From: Chlorokybus atmophyticus
Lineage: Eukaryota > Plantae > Mesostigma and Chlorokybus algae
DNA length: 64,000 nucleotides
Direction of reading: 5' to 3'
Assembly (NCBI GenBank): GCA_009103225.1
Contig: RHPI01002069.1
Location: forward strand, 1,222,744 to 1,286,743
Shown: piece by piece, positions 44,370 to 57,003 of the stretch
Layout of the letters: each line of letters begins with the position of its first letter
Numbering within the stretch: position 1 is the first letter of the stretch
Position numbers and translations under genes: made by a program
The notes under the pieces: model-generated
Database searches by the model: none
Told to the model about the DNA's origin: nothing
The model's input: only the letters and a program-made list of their open reading frames with translations

Positions 44370-44835
44370 CCAAATATTACTTATAACACATCAATGTTAA
44401 TATTGTTTATGTCACTGTAATGCTTTGATGTTAACAATACAATAGCATTGTATTGCGCAGATATGGCAAACCGTTGCAGGTCATTGTGAATTATTAAAAA
44501 GAGCTTCGATGCATCCATTAATGTAAGCTGTAATTTTAAATTATTTTTCAGCATTCCTGTACCTCACAACAAGATGGTTGCTTTCCGCTAACAATGATGA
44601 CTGCGCTCTTAATATAAATGTTGCTTGTAACACATTATTATTTATGATGTGCAATACGCTTTTATGCATTACCAACACAATGGCATTGTATTGCGCGGAT
44701 ATGGCGCCGGCAAGCTATTCCAGGTCGTAAACACAATGTTGTGATGTTTTAAAGGTGCTTCAAGGCATTAATATGGGCTAAAGTTTTAAATCTTTCTCAG
44801 CATTCCCATTACCTCACATCAAGATGGCTATTGTA
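44370..44835. repeat. Diverged tandem duplication, about 238-bp period
   Basis: CAAT(A/G)GCATTGTATTGCGC at 44440 and 44678; CAGCATTCC..ACCTCACA(A/T)CAAGATGG recurs at the same offset. Confidence 0.75.
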
Positions 44836-46360
44836 TTTGCTGTATACATATTTTATAAAGTACATATGATTAGGCTTTGCAAGTCATCAATTTGCAGCCA
44901 AGTATTAGTGGGTAATGTCCATAAACTCTCATATACATGCCTTATACAATTAAGAGCGAAAATATAAAGGCATCACGAGAGTAATGGCGTCGGGTAGGCG
45001 TTGTTAATAAATAATGTGAACATTAAAGGAAGGAGTTAAAATATAATTGTATATAACATATGAAAATGAAAATACGCAAATCAAAAGTAAGCTTGATTAA
45101 ATTTATAATGTTGGCATGGCAAGGATAGGTTGATCGCTGATATATGTGAGTCACACATATTATTGGGTAAACTAGGTGTTTGTTGGCTTTTATCATCAAT
45201 TAATATTGGATAAAGTGCTCAAGAAGGTGGAGGCAGCGTTTATGATGGACAACTTCAACCACATTTTTGCACCCAAAACTGATTAATTTGAGAGAGGGGC
45301 GGCGCGAAGCTAGTGTTTGCGGAGGTACAACACGAGTATGCGCAACACATCATCGCTCGCTGACGTGTCTTTTCCAATCTTTATAAACTTTGCTGGCAAC
45401 TTACCATATTTATGTGTCATATTACCACAATTTTGAATTGATATAAATTATAAGTATGACATTGCTTACCCGTATAAGGTTAACCTTAAGTCGGCACTTA
45501 TTACAAGCTCACACTGGTCGTAAATTTCAAGGTTCTAACATGATTGAATACTGCAATTGCATTTACAATATGTTGCAGACAAGTTGTTACGTATTACGCT
45601 GCGTTACTAGGCTGCGTCGTCAAAAATTTTGTTGTAACATTGCGCTTTGCAATATGCGGACTGCATTACAACGTCCAAGAAACACCTATCAACATTGACG
45701 CTATAGTCACCTTGCAATAGCTTTTGCATGGTACTAGCACATGATATGCTCGATATATTATATGTTACATGTTATGAGTATTACAGTGTCTCGCGCATGA
45801 GACCATGGTAAAGATGTCGCTAGCTTATATTATATCAAGGGAGCCTAATACGCATACTCGAATTTTGCGCATGACACTGTGTCAGAGGAGGAAGACATGA
45901 GCTGCAATAACAATGTGAAAGATAGCAGCATGAGAGAACAACAGCAGCAGCAGCCAGCAACACCTGGAATGTTGTGCTGAATGGGCGCCTCTCGGAGAAC
46001 GGAGTGTAGGAGTCCTACACGATAAGCTGGTGTGTTCATGAGACGCTAACTAACTGCGATGACCGCCGTGCAGCCCAAGATGGCAGCCGCGGCCGGTCGC
46101 GTCAAAGCCGCGCTGACCGTCAGCATGCGCGGCGTCCGCCAATCCTAGCCAAGCGTTTTAGCGGATAAGCCGGGCGGCGTGGTTAATGCGACAAAATCTC
46201 CGCGGCAAACCCTCGTTGACCGCGGTCAGGAACTAACCAGACCCCTTGTGGCGGACAACTTGTTCATTTTATGTGCCGTCTAGCCTGCGATATTTTGTGC
46301 CCGCAGCAAAGCTACCCTGCAAGCGTGTCGACGGTGTCGTTGTTGGCGAAGTCTGCACCA

Positions 46361-47025
46361 ATGGCGGCGTGCGCGAGCCTGCAAACAGCAGCTGTGTCCA
46401 AGACCCTGCGGACGGCGGAGCGCCCTGCCCAGCAAACTCAGAAGGTGAAAAACTGTGGAGTTCTGAGACATTGTGTGTGAATGTGTGAGCGCATAGCATC
46501 AAGAGAACACATGCTGCGCATCGCAGCGCTGAGTGAACTCCATCGCATTGAGCGAGCAGCCATATACACACATTGAGGTGTTCACCAAGAAACCACGGAT
46601 ACTGTCATTGTCACTTGACCTCTGCCTGTGTCTCTGCAGCGGGTAACGGTGTGCCAGGCCGGCGCTCCCACAGACAGGCGCGCTGTCCTGTTCGGCCTCG
46701 TCGCCGGCGCAGGCAAGTCACGCTGCGTCCGCACTTAGCTGCACCTGCATTGTCCACGGTTCAAGTGTATTGCCCTTTCTGTTGGTAACAACACTGAGTC
46801 TTTGTGCGCGTTCTTGCAGCTGCCCTGGTGGCCGCGCAGGTTCCTCAGGAGGCCGCCGCCATCAAGATTCCAATTCAGGACTCCATTGGCCGCTCTGGCA
46901 ATGGCTATATCTCCTCCATGGAGGGCTATGACATGACGGGCATCAGGAAGCAGGGCATCACGCAAAAGGAGAAGAAGAAGCTCTTCGCCAAGCTCAAGGC
47001 CGAGCAGGCTGCCAAGCCTGAATAA
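46361..47025 (+). CDS. Small nucleus-encoded protein with a bipartite (Tat-type) thylakoid lumen targeting peptide, 3 exons
   Basis: Exons 46361-46444, 46640-46712 and 46820-47025 join in frame. They encode MAACASLQTAAV.., DRRAVLFGLVAGAAALVAAQVPQEAAA and a mature part IKIPIQDSIGRSGNGYISSMEGYDMTGIRKQGITQKEKKKLFAKLKAEQAAKPE. Confidence 0.8.
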
Positions 47026-47807
47026 AGCGTCGAAGACCGCAACTGTCAACTGTGAGTCGCTTGGCGACATGCCGCATATACCCGACCTGAGCTGTACCCC
47101 ATGCATAGCTCATGCCTGTACACATAAAACTACTGGACATATTATCTGAGATTCTTCTGCATGTTGGTTCCAACCTCACTGGTTGTGCACTTGCTCACGT
47201 GGTGCCTGGGGCTTGCTGAAACACAATCAGTAGTGTGCCATGTAAAGTGCTCTTGTGGCCCAGCCGGCCCAGTTGCTTAAATACACGCAGGGCTCATGCA
47301 TGGTGCATTCTTGTGTTAGGTTTGACTACTTAAGCTTGGGCCACTCAGCATAGAGGTTTGGGCAGCATGTGTTCTGCGCGCGCCTTCGAACATGTGAACT
47401 GAGTGAATGACATTCACACCAGTCTTCACGTGTGCACAGCGAAAGTCTGTCTGGATATATCTATCCGATAAGCCGTGCCACATGAGCGCCATCATGCGGA
47501 TGCACTTTCACACCCAAACCAAGAGGGCTGGCTAGATGCTGAATGCAACTAAGTGCAAGCAGCAATGGCAGGGCGGTGTTGCCGAACTGACGACGACAGT
47601 AGTACACAACTAAAGAGGTATAGAGGAGCAAGCCACACACCAGCAATAGCATGGCCAACAACAGGATTTGAGGGGCAAAACGCAGCGCGAATGCTGCCAA
47701 CACCAGCGACAAGCACTATGACCAAAACTGCATTCCTATATTAGCATTGACATACAAGTGTTAAGTGCCCAAATTAGCAGAGGCAGGCAAGCAGGCAGGG
47801 CAACAGG

Positions 47808-48240
47808 CAGCGAAGACGAGGGTATCACCACCTGCACAGCAACCATGGCATCGGTTTGGGACCCGAAGCCGGAGCAGATATTGATGACAATGACAACTTC
47901 TTTATGTATGCTGTCATCGTTGAGGGACGTTAATACGGCTGCCCACGCTAGCCCTATAAGCCCTTCGATGCACGTTGTGCTCAAAATTACAAACATCCAC
48001 AGTGTTATTACAAGCACGGCAGCAAAGACGAGGGTATCACCACCTGCGCAACAACCATAGCCTCGGGTTAGGAACCGTTGCCGGAGCGGTTGATAATGAT
48101 GATGACGACTTCTTTATGTATGCTGTCATTTTCGTTGAATGATGTTAACACGGCCCATGCTAGCTCTACAAGCCCTTTGGTGCACGTCGTGTTGAAGTTC
48201 ACTAGCGAGTTGCACAAACATCTACAATGTTGTTACTAGG
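47808..48240. repeat. Diverged tandem duplication, 212-bp period
   Basis: CAGC(G/A)AAGACGAGGGTATCACCACCTGC at 47808 and 48020; ACTTCTTTATGTATGCTGTCAT is shared. Confidence 0.88.
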
Positions 48241-48493
48241 CTTGTAGTTTCCATGTGTGCGCGGTGGTTATGGTGTGGTTCAGCATGGTAGCAGCTAACA
48301 ATCGAATGCATGCCCTCTATAACAAGCTGCATATGCATTGTAATGTATAAATCGCTAGAGTGCAATGAATGTATAGATAGGAGGTGCCTCCATTATATGG
48401 ATTGTCAAGTGTATCAAGCAATATATATGCAAGTGAAGTGCAAAAACAGCGTCACAATAGGCACACATGCATTAACATTTCAGATTAAAGGAA

Positions 48494-48775
48494 GGGTCGA
48501 CCCTGAACTCGGTCATTCTCGCGCGACACTGCGACATGTCGTGTAACCAGCAAATATATATCCCTTATACGTTTTACCTGCCTTGGATCAGGGCTGAATC
48601 ATGCCAAAAATATTGCGTTATATCCCCCTTTGAAAGTCGAACTCAGGACCTCATTGAAGCTCTCAATATCAATTGTTACAAATTGAGGGTGTTCCACTTG
48701 GCGACATCAGCAAAAGGCAATCATGGTCGAGGATTTTAACATACACTTATGCTACAATCGTAATATTTATTCTTC
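48494..48775 (+). repeat. 282-bp dispersed repeat, copy 2, ending at a single N
   Basis: Identical to 43387-43668; the match stops at the N at 48776. Confidence 0.92.
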
Positions 48776-49229
48776 NTGCAAAGGCAGGAGACGGGGTAAC
48801 CACAAGCATAGCAGAGGTGCGGGCGTCAAGGGCTTACACTCACATTTGCATCACCCACAAGCAAATACTTTTTATTATACGTGCCGTGTGAACTTGCAAC
48901 ACATGTCTCGCGCTTCACATGTTGTACGTGTAGTCGTAGTCTACGACTCGTAGCCTACGACTTGTAGATGATGCTTCAACTTGAAATAGACTGCAGTGTT
49001 TCAAGGCCGGTGCCATTGTGACAAACATGTATGGATTTTCTTGAAGCTTGACCCAGGCTGCACGCATACCGCCATACGACAGAACAGCATGCGGTCACCC
49101 CGCTTCCATGCAAACGAAACCTGGGCTACAGCGTTCAGCGCATGCGCAGCGGCGGCGGCGGCGGCGACAGCGCGCAGGGCTTGCAGGAGTGCAGTGCGGC
49201 GCAGTTAGGTGGGCAGCGCGGTCGCGGCC

Positions 49230-52200
49230 ATGGCGGCGCATGCAACGGCCGTGCAGGTGGTGAAGTCGAATGAGGATCACCGAGAGTACCGCCGCATCAC
49301 GCTGCCCAACGGCCTAGCCGCGCTGCTGGTCTACGACAAGGACATCGCAGTGGCAGGCAGCCACGAGGTAGGGTTTGGTTTGGTTATAAGTGTCGTGCTG
49401 AACTTGTGAATCCCTTGACCAAGTCTCCTTTGATAGCGCTCCTCAGCAGAACGAAGCTGACTGCTCCGTACCGCACACCACATTGCATGCTCCGTTATTG
49501 CTGTATGCGGGGTCAGAACGGTGGTTTCTTATTGGCATTAACACCTACATTCAAACAGCCACAACAGCGGATGTGAACGCGAGCGCTTTACGAATGCAGT
49601 TTGCAGGGCTTGCACGCTCTCACTAGCAGCGTTTGTGCTTCGGTCTGTGGCCTGCTGGATGATTGACTGCTAATAAACTCTGTTGATTGCTGCGCAAAGG
49701 CACCATGCGAAAGGTGGATAAGGGGTTTGACAGGGTCAGGATGGCATGTATTAGTGCAGTCGTTAGGTTGCACTGCATGCCTGGTCACAAGCGCAGTGCT
49801 GAGAGCACAGGTGCGCTTGCAGCTGTAGCCATACAGCTGCACGCACAAGCATCAGCTAATGTGTCAAGCACTCAACACACGTCGTCTCAACTGGTTGTTG
49901 GCGTTTCAATTCTGACTTCAGCTTGCAATGCCGGTAGTGATAGTATTGACCGCGATCAGTGCTACAGCTTGTCATTTACGAACTCTCCAACAACTGCTGG
50001 CGTCCTGCTTGGCTGTGCACTGAGCTTTGTGTAATCCATATTCTACGACACCAGTCAGATGACGAGTACATGAGCGAAGAAGACGATGATGAAGAGAATG
50101 GGGAAGGCGAGGACGATGACTCTGACGATGGGGGCCACCATCCGCATGCGCACAGCCATGAAGATGATCATGATGACGACGCACCACATGAGCACCCACC
50201 ACCAGCAACCAAGAAGGCGCTCTCTCTCTCTCTCTCTCTCTCTCTGGACTGAGGCTCATAACAGTTGCTGCGTGGTGTGGTCCTGCCAGTGTTGACACAA
50301 GGGATTGTCACACAGGCAGCTGCTGCGCTGGCGGTTGGTGTTGGGAGTTTTGAGGATCCCGAGCATGCTGAGGGGCTAGCACACTTCCTCGGTTAGTGCT
50401 CGTTGCTCGTTTGTGCTGTTAAGGAGTCGGTTGGAAGGCGATGAGCCAAGTGCATTACATGCCATGATTAAGTCTGCGGAATGGCATGGAGCTGACTGGC
50501 TTGTTTATTCACTTCTCGCGCAGAGCACATGCTTTTTATGGGAAGCAAGAAGTTTCCTGACGAAAACGAGGTGCGCAGCGGAACTGTTTCTGGCATGCTC
50601 AGCCATGTTGGTAAACGTACTCTTTTTACTATGTGCATCGCCGTATGCAGTACGATCGCTTTCTCAATCAACATGGCGGTAGCTCAAACGCGTTTACGGA
50701 TTGTGAGCTAACCTGTTTCCACTTTGACGTCAACCACAAATTCCTCAAGCCTGCCCTTGACAGGTACTGATTGTGTGAATGAGGTAGCACAGCAAGTAGG
50801 AGCTGCTCGCCCCTCTGTCATGCCTGCAATCATCTGGCAGCAGAAAGCGACAGCCATGGGGTTCTTGCATGCTGGTTATCCTCTTGCTGGACTCCTCTTC
50901 AACGTTGTCAACACGCTGTAATGACTTATGTGTTTGCCTGACAGGTTTGCCCAATTTTATGTGTCGCCTTTGTTGAAGCTTGAAGCGATGGATCGAGAAG
51001 TGCAGGCAGTCGACTCAGAGTTTTCTCAGGTCAGCACCTGTGCAACAACCAAAGTAATAAAAACACAAACCAATTTCAGCCGCGTCATACAAGCTGTGTC
51101 CGTGCAGGCTTTGCAAAGCGACTTCTGCAGGTTGCAGCAGATGCAGTGCTATTTCTCCCCTGAGGGCCATCCCTTCCGCAAGTTCGGGTGGGGCAATCGC
51201 CGCAGTCTAGTGGACATTCCATGGGAGCAAGGCGTTGACGTTCGTACAAAGCTTCTGCAGCTGTACGACGGTCACTACCATGCTGGCCGCATGTCCCTTG
51301 TCATTGTCGGTGGAGGTCAGTTGCAAGTCTGGACCACTCTCGTGAGCATTTCAGTACCAGCACTTTTCCGGCCTGTTGGGTGCAATGTGCAACGTCGCTA
51401 GGGATTCTATACTTGGATTTACAGCGATTTGCGCATGCTGTAGCTGTAATTGATAGCTTGCATGCTTGGTTGTTGCTACAGAGCCTCTAGATGTGCTGGA
51501 GAGCTGGGTTCGGGAGCTGTTTGGGCCAGTGCGCGGCCCTGGGCCGGCTCGATTGTCTTACAAAGATGCGGGACCACCCATACCCCCGCAGCAAACCTTG
51601 CGGTAGGGCTTGTTCCTTTTACCGTGATGCACAGACTTGGGCCATGGTGCCGTCGTGGTCTAACAATGTGTACCTATTTTTGCCAGGCTGCATCGCTTAG
51701 AGTCTGTTAAAGATCAGCACGCACTTCACCTGAACTGGGCGCTTCCCAGCATGTTTGAGGCATATCAAAAGAAACCAGAGGACTACATAGCACACCTTGT
51801 CGGACACGGTGCGATGATGATCGAATATTGTTCGTAGGTCTCTGAACATTTCAGAACTTTTTGCACAAGACCAAGTATGTGTAATGCAGAGGGAAAGGGA
51901 AGCCTGTTATCGCTGCTGAAGGCTCGCGGATGGGCTTTGGAGCTGTCAGCTGGTGTTGGTGAGAGCGGATATGATCGCGGCACCTGTGCGTTCATCTTTG
52001 GCGTGCAGATTTTCCTGACTGACCTCGGTTATGAAAAGGTACAAGTGTACGCCAGAGCCTGGCTCTAGCTGAGCTTGCCCTTAGACAAATGGCCGTTGGG
52101 TTTCTCCCCAGCTAACCGGTTTACTCAAAACGTGTTGTGCAGGTTCTGGATGTGATCGATGCCGTGTTCCAGTATTTGGCCCTCCTGCGCTCAGAAGGTC

Positions 52201-55091
52201 CGCAGGAATGGGTGTTCACTGAGATAAAGGCTATCGCAGACTTGCGCTTCCGCTTTGCAGAGGAGCAGGAAGCTGACGATTACGCGGGTGATGGCTTGTT
52301 GCACAAAGCCTTGCAGTAAGCAGGGAGCATTCTACTCACACAGCTGTGCGCTGCGTGCAGTTCACCTCGCTACGAGCATCCATCATTACGCCCCGGAACA
52401 TGCAATCCTTGGTGACTACTTGATGGATCAGTGGGACCCAGCACTGGTCACGTCGTGCCTTGAGCTGCTGACTCCCGAAAACATGCGCGCAGAATTGCTG
52501 TCCAAGCGATTTGATGTCAATGCAAAGGGTAACCAAGGCTGCGTGCGCATCATTGCTAGATGCATGCTTGATGCAATGCACAGCGAGCAAGCATTTATAG
52601 CTGATAGTTTTTAGATCTTAGCAATTACCGTAGTGTTATATAGTATGACAGGCTGTTGCTGTTGAACAGGTGTAGAGCGCGAGCCATGGTTCAACGTGCC
52701 ATATTTGTCCGAAGTGCTTCCCCCCTCATGCGTTGCAAGCTGGAGCAAACCCCCGAGCATTGACCCCACACTGGCGATGCCCCCGCACAACCACTTCATC
52801 CCCACAGCACTCGAGGTGAAACCACTGCCGGAAGCAGTGGAGTCCCCTCTCGAGCCCACCATGATCGGACCAACCTTGCTGTTTGAGAACAGCCTGACGA
52901 AGCTGTGGTACAAACGTGACGTGACATTCAAGGTGATCAGTGTTTGTTGCTTACACCTGCTTACATGATTTGGCGTATTGAGAGTGGGTTGGTTTTGTGC
53001 TCGTTGACAGACTCCTAGAGCTGGTGCATACATTGGTATCACTTCACTCGCTGCCTACGACAGTGTGGAGACTGCTGTTGCCACTGAAATCTTCCTGAAG
53101 CTGCTAGAGGACGAGCTGACAGAAACATCATACCAGGCATGTGACGAAGATTTTCTCCGCATGTTGTTGGTAATGAGTGCGTCGAGTTGGCATTGCCAAT
53201 ACCATTCTTGCAGGCGCACGTGGCGGAACTGTACTCCATTGTTACCCCCGTATCGCACCGCATTGAAATAAAGATTAGCGGTTTCAACGACAAACTCCCG
53301 TTGCTGACGGAGCGAATTTTCCAGCAAGTGCAGGCGTTGCAAATAAAAGACGACCGCTTTGAGGTATACAGCAGTCAAAGCCCCTGCTGGTGACAATAAG
53401 CATTGTGCAAGTGGCAATCATTTTATCATGCACTGCATGTTGGCCAGCTGCTTTTGCAGCATGTAGTGACACTTCAAGTTGTGCATAATCACAGCCTTCA
53501 ATGGGGTGGTATTGACGATGATATCGGTCGTGCAGGTTATTCGCGAAGAGCTTGTGCGCAAGTTCAAAAATGCACATCTAAAGCCGTCCAAGCACTCTGG
53601 CTATTTGAGGTTACGCCTGCTCAAGGTACGAGCAGTTATTGCTATCTCCATGGAGCTACACAACCACGTCCTGGTCACCTGCATATGCTACATATGCTCT
53701 CCACTATGCAGGAGCATGCGTGGCCTGTGGAAGCGAAGCTTGCGTACACCCAAAGATGTAAACCCGCAGACGTTCGCGCCCACATACCCAAGCTGTTGCA
53801 AAAGGTAGCTTGCCACTCTGCTCGACCTCAGGCTTGCACGTCTGTAGCATAGCAGCATATGTAACAGGGGTGTGTGCGGCACAGGTGTTCGTGGAGATGC
53901 TGGTGCACGGCAACATGACGGAGGACGAGGCCCAAGGGCTGATCGGAGTTGTAAGGAAACCCTTTGACTCAACAGAGCTGCCACAAGAAGCGCGTCCCGT
54001 TGAGAGGATCACAAACCTTGAGCCTGGGTTCACGTATGTTTACCAGGCCAATGTGCATAACGAGGAGGAAGACAACTCTGTTGTTGAGGTGGGAAGGCGC
54101 TACTCATGCAAGCATGTTTGGTCGCATGCCTCTGCTTGCAGGCAACCTGTATGTTATGAATGTGTGGGCATGCCAACTTGTCTGCCTGTTGACCCCTGCC
54201 TGCTTACCCCTGCTGTTCTAATCACCTTCCTCCATGCCAGAATTACTACCAAGTAGGCCCGGACAGCATACAACTGCGCGCGATGATGGACTTGCTTGAG
54301 CAGGCAATATCGGAGCCTTGCTTTGATCAGCTTAGGTATACCTATATGCATTCTTCACACCTTGTGTAATGCTGCACGAACAGGAGTCAGCAACCATACT
54401 CTACGCAGGACAAAGGAACAGCTGGGGTACTCTGTAGATGCTGGTGTGCGGTTGACGCACAACGTGCTGGGCTTGTGTATCAAGGTGCAGTCGGCGGAGT
54501 ATGCACCAGCTCACATTGACTCCAGGATAGAGAACTTTATTGCGGACTTCAGGAAACAGCTTGCGAAACTGAAGACGGTTGATTTTGAAGACTTTCGGGA
54601 AGCAGTTATTGAGTCCAAACTGCGCAAACCCAACAACTTGTTGGAAGAAACTGACCGTCACTGGGAACAGATATGGGAAGGAAGGTGCGTTAGCAACTGT
54701 GCGTTGTGTTGATGAACACTCTGGTACATTGGTTGGGGAGTTATAGTGCTATGTGCTTGCGCGTCCACATGTGTGCGCGTGCGCGTGTGTCTCGTGTGGC
54801 TTTTCAGCGCGTCATGCGTGTGTTTGCAGGTACAAGTTCAATGAGAGGAAGTTGGAGGCAGACGCTATGAAAAAGTTGAAGAAAAAGCAGCTGTTGGAGC
54901 TTTATGACGCTTTTGTTGCAGCAAAGGGCGCGCAGCGTCGCAAGCTGAGTGTCCTTGTGTATGGCAAGCGTGTTGTCGCGCAGCGCATGTCGCAACCGCC
55001 ATCGCCTCAGACTGTGCTCATAGAGGACATTGATGCTTTCAAGCGACAAGCTCAGTTCTATTCACCTCCAGTGGTAGCAGTCAGTACTTGA
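49230..55091 (+). CDS. Nardilysin-like M16A zinc metallopeptidase (insulinase family), about 21 exons
   Basis: KSNEDHREYRRITLPNGL; acidic insert; AAAALAVGVGSFEDP..GLAHFL|EHMLFMGS (HXXEH); GGSSNAFT; FAQFYVSPL..MDREVQAVDSEF; WYKRDVTFK; ISGFNDKL; EPCFDQL|RTKEQLGYSV. Confidence 0.95.
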
Positions 55092-57003
55092 GCCGCGACT
55101 TAGCAAGGGTACCTAGATTGATTGTTTTGCAAGGTTGACACAAATGTCACCTCTGCAAGCAGTTTTTCAATTCATTGATTCAATCCAATGAATTGTAGTT
55201 GGCAACATTGCACACGCGATGCATGTCACACAATGAGTCAGCTGGCTGCTGTAGTCAACAAGGTGCTAGAAGGGTCTAGTTGTGTGGACAGCAGATTGGA
55301 TCTATAGTACATGACGATGAAAGCGACAATGACCACCAAAGTACACACGTTGAAGTGTGGTTCTAGTGCATGTCATTATTGTGTTAATAGTAGCCAAAGT
55401 ATGCAAGATGCGCAATTGGCATGTATGCGCACGATATTTCGCATCACCCACGATTTGGCTGGCTCTACAACCGACACGTCTTAAAAGCGTCAGCAGGCAG
55501 GGAAGTAGTAGGAAAGCAGCTGGGCGTTCAAGGCCAAATTAAAAAGGGTGAAATTACGACATCGCCAAGCCAAGGCAATCCATGATGTTAATCAGCATTG
55601 GGGTTATTGATTATGACATTATTTGCAGTGTGATAACAGCTTTGATTACAATGCACCCAAACTTGCACTGTTACACGTTCATAGACTTACACATGTTAGA
55701 CATGCACACTTAAATATTGGAAGCACCAGCGTTAAGAGTCTCAAAAGTTTGTATGGGATGACTTTTTATTGGGGATTTGCACATTGATTAGCGTCATAAT
55801 ACAAGCATAATTGCATGGGTACTTATTTACTGTTGCATTTGTAGTCTTTGTTTGAGTTTGTGATGGATATTCAAATAATAAAACTTAAAGCTTTCAAATG
55901 CATTGATTTTATACACAATGTTTGAGCGTTACATGGAAACGAACGGCAAAAAAGCCTTCAACTTTGCGTTAAATGCGTTCATAGAAGATTCTTCCTTACA
56001 TCATCATCTCTTTAACAAAAATGTTACCACGCAAATAGACATGCGATTATGGTGGATAAAGCCGTAATATTGCATGCATGCATTGCATTAATAATATAAG
56101 CTAAATTGCAATGTTTAGCCACAACCGTTTGCACAATGTATGGTACATATGCAATTGATGCATAGAAGACATGTATACTGTAGAAGACATCAACAAAATT
56201 TTCATGGCTTGTTGTTAGTTGTTGACAATTTGACAACTCTGGATAAGGGTAGGCAACGCAACAAAAGAGTTTGTATAAAGCACAACTTGTCATGTTTGAT
56301 GCTTTTAATGTACTGCTACCGTAGTGACACATACACTACGACATTAATACAATTATAAAGCGGCTTCGGTTGGAGTTCTTATAAGATATTTTGGGCCTTA
56401 ACAACACTGATATAATTGCATTGATCTTCATGATCTCAATAGCAAAAGATTGACATGGAAATCATTTCGCAAAAGTGAGTGTGGGGTAGTACTGTTTGTG
56501 TGACTACGAAAAAACGGCATTACCGCAGGTGTCACATGCGACCATCAACTTCGTTCGTCACTTCCTGGCCTACAGCGGACTGTGCTCAATATCCGGATGG
56601 GGGGGATGATCCGGGCGCGCAGTTGAATCTAAAAGCTCTGTCTGTCCCTAGCGCGGCTAGCGCCTTGTAGGCTACCACAGCAGCCAGCAGCAGCCAACCA
56701 CCAAACAGCACGGAGCCTGTCAGTAGTTTTGTATATCTAGATTTGGTTGAGAGAGCGGTCCGCGCTGCGGGCGGGCGGCGACACTGCTCTCTGCGCTGCG
56801 CATGTCCGCCGCGGCAGCAGGCTTGTCTGCGTCGGCGTCTGCGCCGTCCGTCGCCGTCTCTCCGCTGCCGCAACTGTCAGATTCCAGACGAGAAGGTAGT
56901 AGGCTGGTGAGGAGAGGCGATTAGACGCCGCCGCCGGCCAGTGGCGGCGGCGGCGGCGGCAGCAGTGGTGGTGGTGGTGGTGGTAGTGGCAAGGGGGGAC
57001 GCA

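Noticed and set aside
45845-46039. 64-aa Cys/Leu-rich minus-strand ORF
   Set aside because: It arises from a CAG-type low-complexity tract upstream of the lumen-protein gene, with no supporting motif or splice structure.
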